Of a stretch of 62,945 nucleotides of DNA, positions 59,026 through 62,945 are shown piece by piece. Within the stretch, counting starts at the first letter, position 1. Every line of letters begins with the position of its first letter. The notes beneath the pieces were generated by a model. That model did no database searches. It was not told the DNA's origin and saw nothing but the letters and a program-made list of their open reading frames with translations. This stretch comes from Myxococcota bacterium (GTDB lineage: Bacteria > Myxococcota_A > Bradymonadia > UBA7976 > UBA1532): positions 1 to 62,945 of the forward strand of contig JAHJCH010000337.1 of the NCBI GenBank assembly GCA_018813065.1, given 5' to 3'. The translations under genes were made by a program, and so were the position numbers.

Positions 59026-60816
59026 TTAATCACACGAAATCGTATTTGCTGTCCTTAACCACCACATCGCCCCTGTCCACTGCATAACGATATCTGAGCA
59101 ATCAGATGGGCCACCACTATTATCTATTCTTAAAATAAATCCAACAGGCACATTAGATAATGGCAACCAAGAGCCATCAATAATATGCTCATGGCATTGC
59201 TCCTCACTAATATCTGAAGACAAATGACAACATTTTGATTTACTTAGGCCATCAATCGCCATGCTTGCTTTGTCTTTTAGGTTTAATTCTGCTACTTGTG
59301 TTTTTAAATTATCCTTAAGCGAGATCATTGCTTTATGACCACAGGGTGTAGGCTCCGAGCAACTTATTTCGAGTATCTTCATTTCATCCTTGGTGATTAA
59401 ATCAAAAACAAGCGTGCAATGATCAATTCTAAACGCAATTCTTTCTTGTTTTTTGATAATCGCAAAACCACGCAGCCACGGAATTGACCGAGATTTCAAA
59501 GCATCCGAGAGCTTATCACATACAGGCGATTCATCCTGGCAATAGGCCTCAATGGCGCGCTCAAGGCGCTCATCTGGAGCAAGGAGCGGATCTCGAACAA
59601 GCGTGTCGATATCGTAAGCATCCCATCCGATGCCGTTGAAGAAGGGCTCATCAGCGCCGAACTTCAGCGGCAACGCGCCCTTGGGCGTTGAGAGCCAAAG
59701 CGCTGAAGCCCCCTCTGCGTCTGCTGCGACATAGGCGCACACAAACACCTCCGAGCCGCTGGGCGACGCGCAACGGGGCAGGACAGGTTGGACTCCAGGG
59801 GTCGCGACTTCGACACTCGCCCCCAACGCGCCCGCTTTATCAATGGGCCATAAGATGATCCGGTTTTCTTTGAGATCGAGGTGTTGAAGGTGGGGGCCAA
59901 GGAGCCAAACCAATGATGTCAGCTCATCTTTCTGGTGCAGCAAAGGTGAGGTTCGCAGAGGTCGCAGCGTGGCCCTCTCCTGGTTCACATTGAGCAGCCC
60001 AAAGATGTCTTCGTCATGCAGCAGCGCGATGAGTCGATCCCCATCACAAATCATCGATGAGGTTTTGGCCTTCGAGAGGAAATCACTTGATAAATCAGGG
60101 CTTATCGCGACGAAAACGCTCTGGGTGTCGATGGTATCGGCTTTTAAATTTGCCCTCATGATCTTGAGCGCCTCACCTTCAGAGGATGAGCGGGTGTCAA
60201 TCGCGGTGGGCCCGCCAGGGCACCAGACCACAGCATCCACCCCCCCCGGCCACGCCAACATCGGGCTCGGCGCGAGCGCCTCCGACAGCCGTATGATCTC
60301 ATCCTTCGACACCAGCACGATCTCATCCTTGTCCACGCCGGCCGCAAGCACAGAGATCCGCTTTAGGGCGCCCAGATGCCTAAGCGGGCGCCGTTGCTTG
60401 GCTTTTGGGCCACCCATCAAGACTTGCCCCGAGGCCCCGACTGCCAGTAAGCGCCCTTTTTGTAAGGGAAGCAACCATCGCGTGACCATACTCACATCGG
60501 GTGTGTTTAACCGTGTTAATGTTGCCACAGGCAGATCAATTCGCGCACGAAGCCATCGCGCGATCACACTCATTCCAGGCACATTTAACATTGTCACAGG
60601 CATCTTTACCCGCGCGATATCAGCGCCGACCCCGATAAGCAAGCCGCCATCCTCCAAAGCCTGGATCACAACCTGAGCTTTATCTTTCTCTTGCCACCCC
60701 ATCTCCTTTGCGGGCAATGGCGGAGAGATGGGCAGCTGCGCGTGCGTCTCGGCGGACCAAAAAAACGGCCAGATGAGCAGCAGCATCACTGCGACCACGC
60801 GGCTTTCAAGCGCCAT
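59026..60816 (-). CDS. hypothetical secreted protein
   Basis: AGGAGG SD and ATG at 60814-60816, with a signal-like MALESRVVAVMLLLIWPFFWSAETHA. No motif recognised. GC falls toward the 3' end. Confidence 0.55.
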   Translation of the reverse strand: MALESRVVAVMLLLIWPFFWSAETHAQLPISPPLPAKEMGWQEKDKAQVVIQALEDGGLLIGVGADIARVKMPVTMLNVPGMSVIARWLRARIDLPVATLTRLNTPDVSMVTRWLLPLQKGRLLAVGASGQVLMGGPKAKQRRPLRHLGALKRISVLAAGVDKDEIVLVSKDEIIRLSEALAPSPMLAWPGGVDAVVWCPGGPTAIDTRSSSEGEALKIMRANLKADTIDTQSVFVAISPDLSSDFLSKAKTSSMICDGDRLIALLHDEDIFGLLNVNQERATLRPLRTSPLLHQKDELTSLVWLLGPHLQHLDLKENRIILWPIDKAGALGASVEVATPGVQPVLPRCASPSGSEVFVCAYVAADAEGASALWLSTPKGALPLKFGADEPFFNGIGWDAYDIDTLVRDPLLAPDERLERAIEAYCQDESPVCDKLSDALKSRSIPWLRGFAIIKKQERIAFRIDHCTLVFDLITKDEMKILEISCSEPTPCGHKAMISLKDNLKTQVAELNLKDKASMAIDGLSKSKCCHLSSDISEEQCHEHIIDGSWLPLSNVPVGFILRIDNSGGPSDCSDIVMQWTGAMWWLRTANTISCD

Positions 60817-61033
60817 AAAAACCTCCTGTGCGGGATGATGCGTATACCGCGCTTTGCGCAGCGCCAGGCGAGACAAGACGCGATATCGCCTGCGCCCCCC
60901 ATCACCTCCGCGCCGTCGTCGCGTTGAGCGATGGCCGATTGAGCCTGCGCTCGCCCTGCCGCGCTGCGTAGATAAGCCCATTCAAAATCGACGAAATGCG
61001 CTATCTTGCGCGCGAACATCTCTCGGGGGATTG

Positions 61034-62945
<1,912 letters not shown>

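Overview
High-GC (about 70% in ordinary stretches) bacterial chromosome window. It is densely coded, with roughly 43 protein genes. I saw no rRNA, tRNA, CRISPR array or transposase. The gene content looks myxobacterial (Myxococcota or Bradymonadia-like). There are many lipoproteins with Cys-rich modules (CDGxDNDCDxxIDE motif, Myxococcus cysteine-rich repeat), IPT/TIG and thrombospondin-type-3 repeat proteins, and a Ser/Thr kinase fused to an FGE domain. Housekeeping anchors are metH, an isolated rpsN, a TatT-DctP-DctQM TRAP transporter, an Hsp70-family protein, an RNA methyltransferase and a LysM/SLT/M15 cell-wall hydrolase. The stand-out locus is on the minus strand at 34.9-41.8 kb. A WGR-domain helical-repeat protein and a SWIM zinc-finger protein are translationally coupled. 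They are followed by a 260-nt non-coding gap that folds like a retron msr-msd RNA, with an a1/a2 closing stem, a 76-nt near-perfect hairpin and smaller hairpins. Next comes a retron-type reverse transcriptase (NAXXH, YADD and VTG motifs) with unusual N- and C-terminal extensions. I do not recognise WGR+SWIM as a known retron accessory pair, but novelty needs a database check. A second recurring oddity is sharply AT-rich (22-45% GC) patches that sit in frame inside otherwise GC-rich genes: DUF58/TgpA, an AEC transporter, the TRAP permease tail and the last modules of a giant Cys-repeat protein. There is also an AT-rich islet carrying an HNH endonuclease. All family names come from motif recognition by eye; no searches were run.
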